From a virus: a stretch of 64,000 nt of DNA. The DNA is taken from IMG/VR virus record IMGVR_UViG_3300029238_000243; one strand, 5' to 3'. Of this stretch, positions 62,279 through 64,000 are shown piece by piece; the stretch's first letter is position 1, and every line of letters starts with the position of its first letter. Both the position numbers and the translations under genes were made by a program. The notes under the pieces were generated by a model, which searched no databases, was not told the origin of the DNA, and was given only the letters and a program-made list of their open reading frames with translations.

Positions 62279-63766
62279 TTACGCAGCTCTTTTGAGTCCA
62301 AAACTGGAAGGGATATGTTTTACGGACCGTAAGATCTCGGTAATACACTGGTCATGCATATTTTTAAACTGAGGATAGTTCTGAAGGCATTTATCACGGT
62401 CTGTGTGTTCCAAAGTATCATCGGAATTCATGAGGAGAAAAGCACTGTAGAGATCACGCTGTACCCATTCTCCGTTTATGGTGTTGTGACGTCTGGAAAG
62501 TTTCTTTCTCCAGTACGTATCACTGGTATGGTCATACTGGCTTGCTTTAAACGTCCAGGTATTGACTTCGTGGTAGGTTCCTCCGGTGTAACCAAGCTTT
62601 CTCTTCAATATGGTAAGAAACTGGGATGGAGCTCTGGTCCCGATGGATTTTCCGAAGCGTTTCTTCCGTTTATATTTCCCTTTCTTATTCTTTTCCGTCT
62701 TTTTGGACCGTTTCTGTAATCCCTTGAAATTCATGTCCTCAACATAAACCTCATTGCCTTCTTCCAATAACAGGTTCGCATAGGCTTCCTGCCATTGTCT
62801 CAATGTGTCGGAACGTTTTCTCTGCATCGCACTGAGTTCGTTACGGATCTTTTTGTACCGGTTGCTGTAGTTCCAGGTTTTCCTTCCCTTCTTTATGGTA
62901 CCGTCCGCATTGTAATTGTCCGGATTGGATGCCCGTCTGGATCGTTCCAGTTTTCGCTGCATCTTCCGGATCTTTTTATCCTGTACTTCAATCCCTTTCC
63001 CAAGTTCTGTGAGATGACATTTTGTATCACTCACTGTAGCAACAGTGGAAGTACCAATATCAATACCGACCCTTCCGGTACCCACTGCATGTCTTAACGG
63101 CGGTGTCCCTTCCTGTACCAATTGTACGTAGTATCTCCATCCGGTACTGAACTTCTTTCTTACAATTCTGCAGTATTTTGTTCTGTCATTTAAAGCAGAA
63201 GTCTCGTAATACCAATGATCCGTGTTTTGATTTCCTGGTAATATCACATCCAGTGTCAGACCACGGTTCTGTCTCTTTGGGGATGCATTGATGTATACTT
63301 TTCCGTCTTTGTAGATGATCCCTGTTGTATTCTTTTTGCCTTCGAAACTTAAGAATTCATCCCATTTCTTGTAATGGATCTGTTTCCCGGTGGAATACAA
63401 TACTTTTTCCACACCTTTCCATACCGAGTCACTGATCTTCTGATAAACTGCAGAATGTACGTATTTTAAGTTACATCTCAGTTTTGTGGCGGATTTCTGG
63501 AGGTCGTATTGTGTGAGCCCGTAAGATTTTACAATAACAGATAACTGTTTTGACAGGGCTACCTTCTCTGGACCTTTCTCAAGTGCCACATACTGCTTTA
63601 AGAGATCCGTATAAGTTTTATCCCGTTTCAGTAATGTGATCTGCCGGATCGCAAAACGACGGATTGTATTACCGATCTTCGCTACTTCTCGGAAATAGTT
63701 TTCCAGGTAACGCTGGTCGGAATATTTCTTTGTATTCAGTTTTAACTCCAGCGTGTAAGTAGGCAT
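62279..63766 (-). CDS. tnpB: TnpB-like RuvC-fold nuclease (IS605 OrfB family).
   Basis: It has RuvC-I (VGIDIGTSTV), RuvC-II (EVYVEDMNFKG) and a C-terminal RDLYSAFLL (RuvC-III-like) motif. The true start is MPTYTLELKL, with the RBS ggaggaaaacgatcATG. Confidence 0.75.
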   Translation of the reverse strand: MPTYTLELKLNTKKYSDQRYLENYFREVAKIGNTIRRFAIRQITLLKRDKTYTDLLKQYVALEKGPEKVALSKQLSVIVKSYGLTQYDLQKSATKLRCNLKYVHSAVYQKISDSVWKGVEKVLYSTGKQIHYKKWDEFLSFEGKKNTTGIIYKDGKVYINASPKRQNRGLTLDVILPGNQNTDHWYYETSALNDRTKYCRIVRKKFSTGWRYYVQLVQEGTPPLRHAVGTGRVGIDIGTSTVATVSDTKCHLTELGKGIEVQDKKIRKMQRKLERSRRASNPDNYNADGTIKKGRKTWNYSNRYKKIRNELSAMQRKRSDTLRQWQEAYANLLLEEGNEVYVEDMNFKGLQKRSKKTEKNKKGKYKRKKRFGKSIGTRAPSQFLTILKRKLGYTGGTYHEVNTWTFKASQYDHTSDTYWRKKLSRRHNTINGEWVQRDLYSAFLLMNSDDTLEHTDRDKCLQNYPQFKNMHDQCITEILRSVKHIPSSFGLKRAA

Positions 63767-63803
63767 GATCGTTTTCCTCCATTTTAGTTTCTTAGCTATA
63801 TAC

Positions 63804-63840
63804 ATCATAAGGCTCACTTTTCGGAAACCTCGTCACATTT
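63804..63840 (-). promoter_or_regulatory. Class-A promoter-like box about 45 bp upstream of tnpB, inside the IS.
   Basis: Its reverse complement is AAATGTGACGAGGTTTCCGAAAAGTGAGCCTTATGAT. Confidence 0.45.
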
Positions 63841-63902
63841 TTACATATTATTTTGTTTTATTTTACTGAAATTCATCTGCACACCAGAAGGTGGCAGCTT
63901 TC

Positions 63903-64000
63903 TTTCAGATTTTCTTTGTAAACGCCATAACCTGCCAACGCTAAAAAGACAGCTAAAAATAGTACCCAAAATGCGAAATGCAGTTTTCTGTTTTCCTCTG
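63903..64000 (-). pseudogene. 5' part of the IS-interrupted membrane-protein gene. It continues beyond the window.
   Basis: The translation ..KLHFAFWVLFLAVFLALAGYGVYKENLK ends exactly at the IS left border. Confidence 0.5.

Larger units (their letters stand above)
61973..63902 (-). mobile_element. IS605-family tnpB-only (IS1341-like) element of 1,930 bp.
   Basis: It has a left-end hairpin (CTGCACACCAGAAGGTGGCAG) and a right-end hairpin (CTGCACGCCAGTAGGCGGCAG) with the same borders as the mini-copy at 28245..28697. If the element is removed, the host ORF rejoins in frame (..YKENLK|LEYRDR..). Confidence 0.75.

Noticed and set aside
1735-63840. The class-A box contains CTGACGAG, which resembles the hammerhead-ribozyme CUGANGA core.
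   Set aside because: There is no downstream GAAA/stem III and no consistent stem I/II pairing. The fixed position and orientation upstream of start codons fit a promoter or operator better.
1-64000. tRNA or rRNA genes.
   Set aside because: No T-loop (GGTTCGAATCC-like) or anticodon-arm-consistent cloverleaf candidates were seen in the intergenic regions by eye. I could not run tRNAscan.

Overview
This window is a low-GC, Firmicutes-type mobile-element region (AGGAGG ribosome-binding sites, AT-rich intergenic DNA). It is densely packed with replication, partition, recombination and regulatory genes, and I recognised no capsid, portal, terminase or tail genes. It therefore reads as the non-structural backbone of a phage-plasmid or large plasmid rather than a classic prophage.

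Replicon hallmarks:
- A minus-strand parA-parB pair, followed by a 1-kb non-coding stretch containing about 11 copies of the palindrome TTGAACTAGTTCAA (parS-like).
- An array of about 26 direct repeats of 30 bp, sitting between a winged-helix Rep-like gene and a divergent 493-aa gene (origin-like).

DNA-metabolism genes:
- Nucleases and helicases: a RecJ-like DHH exonuclease, a UvrD-like helicase and a PIF1-like helicase.
- Nucleotide metabolism: a dUTPase, a guanylate-kinase-like protein and a MazG-like pyrophosphohydrolase.
- An SSB-like protein with two OB folds and zinc ribbons.
- A tyrosine recombinase.
- A ClpX-like AAA+ ATPase split by a -1 frameshift.

Regulatory layer:
- A sigma-70-family factor.
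- A membrane-tethered ECF-sigma fusion protein.
- Two families of conserved promoter-like motifs. Class A is a 35-nt box (TTTCCTGACGAGTTTTC..AAA.TGAGCCTTAT) in 11 copies. Class B (CATATTTAG/A) occurs in about 18 copies. Every copy is oriented toward a downstream start codon.

Host-interaction candidates:
- Two BspA-type leucine-rich-repeat (LRR) surface proteins.
- A PPEP/anthrax-lethal-factor-like HExxH metalloprotease.
- An SPFH (band-7) protein.
- A lipoprotein.
- A three-paralog membrane-protein family.
- A HipA-like kinase.
- A 34-aa x ~16 'YADP' tandem-repeat protein.
- An 867-aa TerD-like protein.

Mobile DNA:
- A 1,930-bp IS605-family tnpB-only element (61973..63902) interrupts a membrane-protein gene precisely and carries a class-A promoter.
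- A 453-bp derivative of that element with no tnpB (28245..28697) keeps the promoter and the omega-RNA-like 3' scaffold.
- An IS91-family transposase lies next to an LRR gene fragment.

Between 57.7 and 58.4 kb there are two promoter- and terminator-bounded non-coding units, each about 300 nt and each containing a repeat twice.
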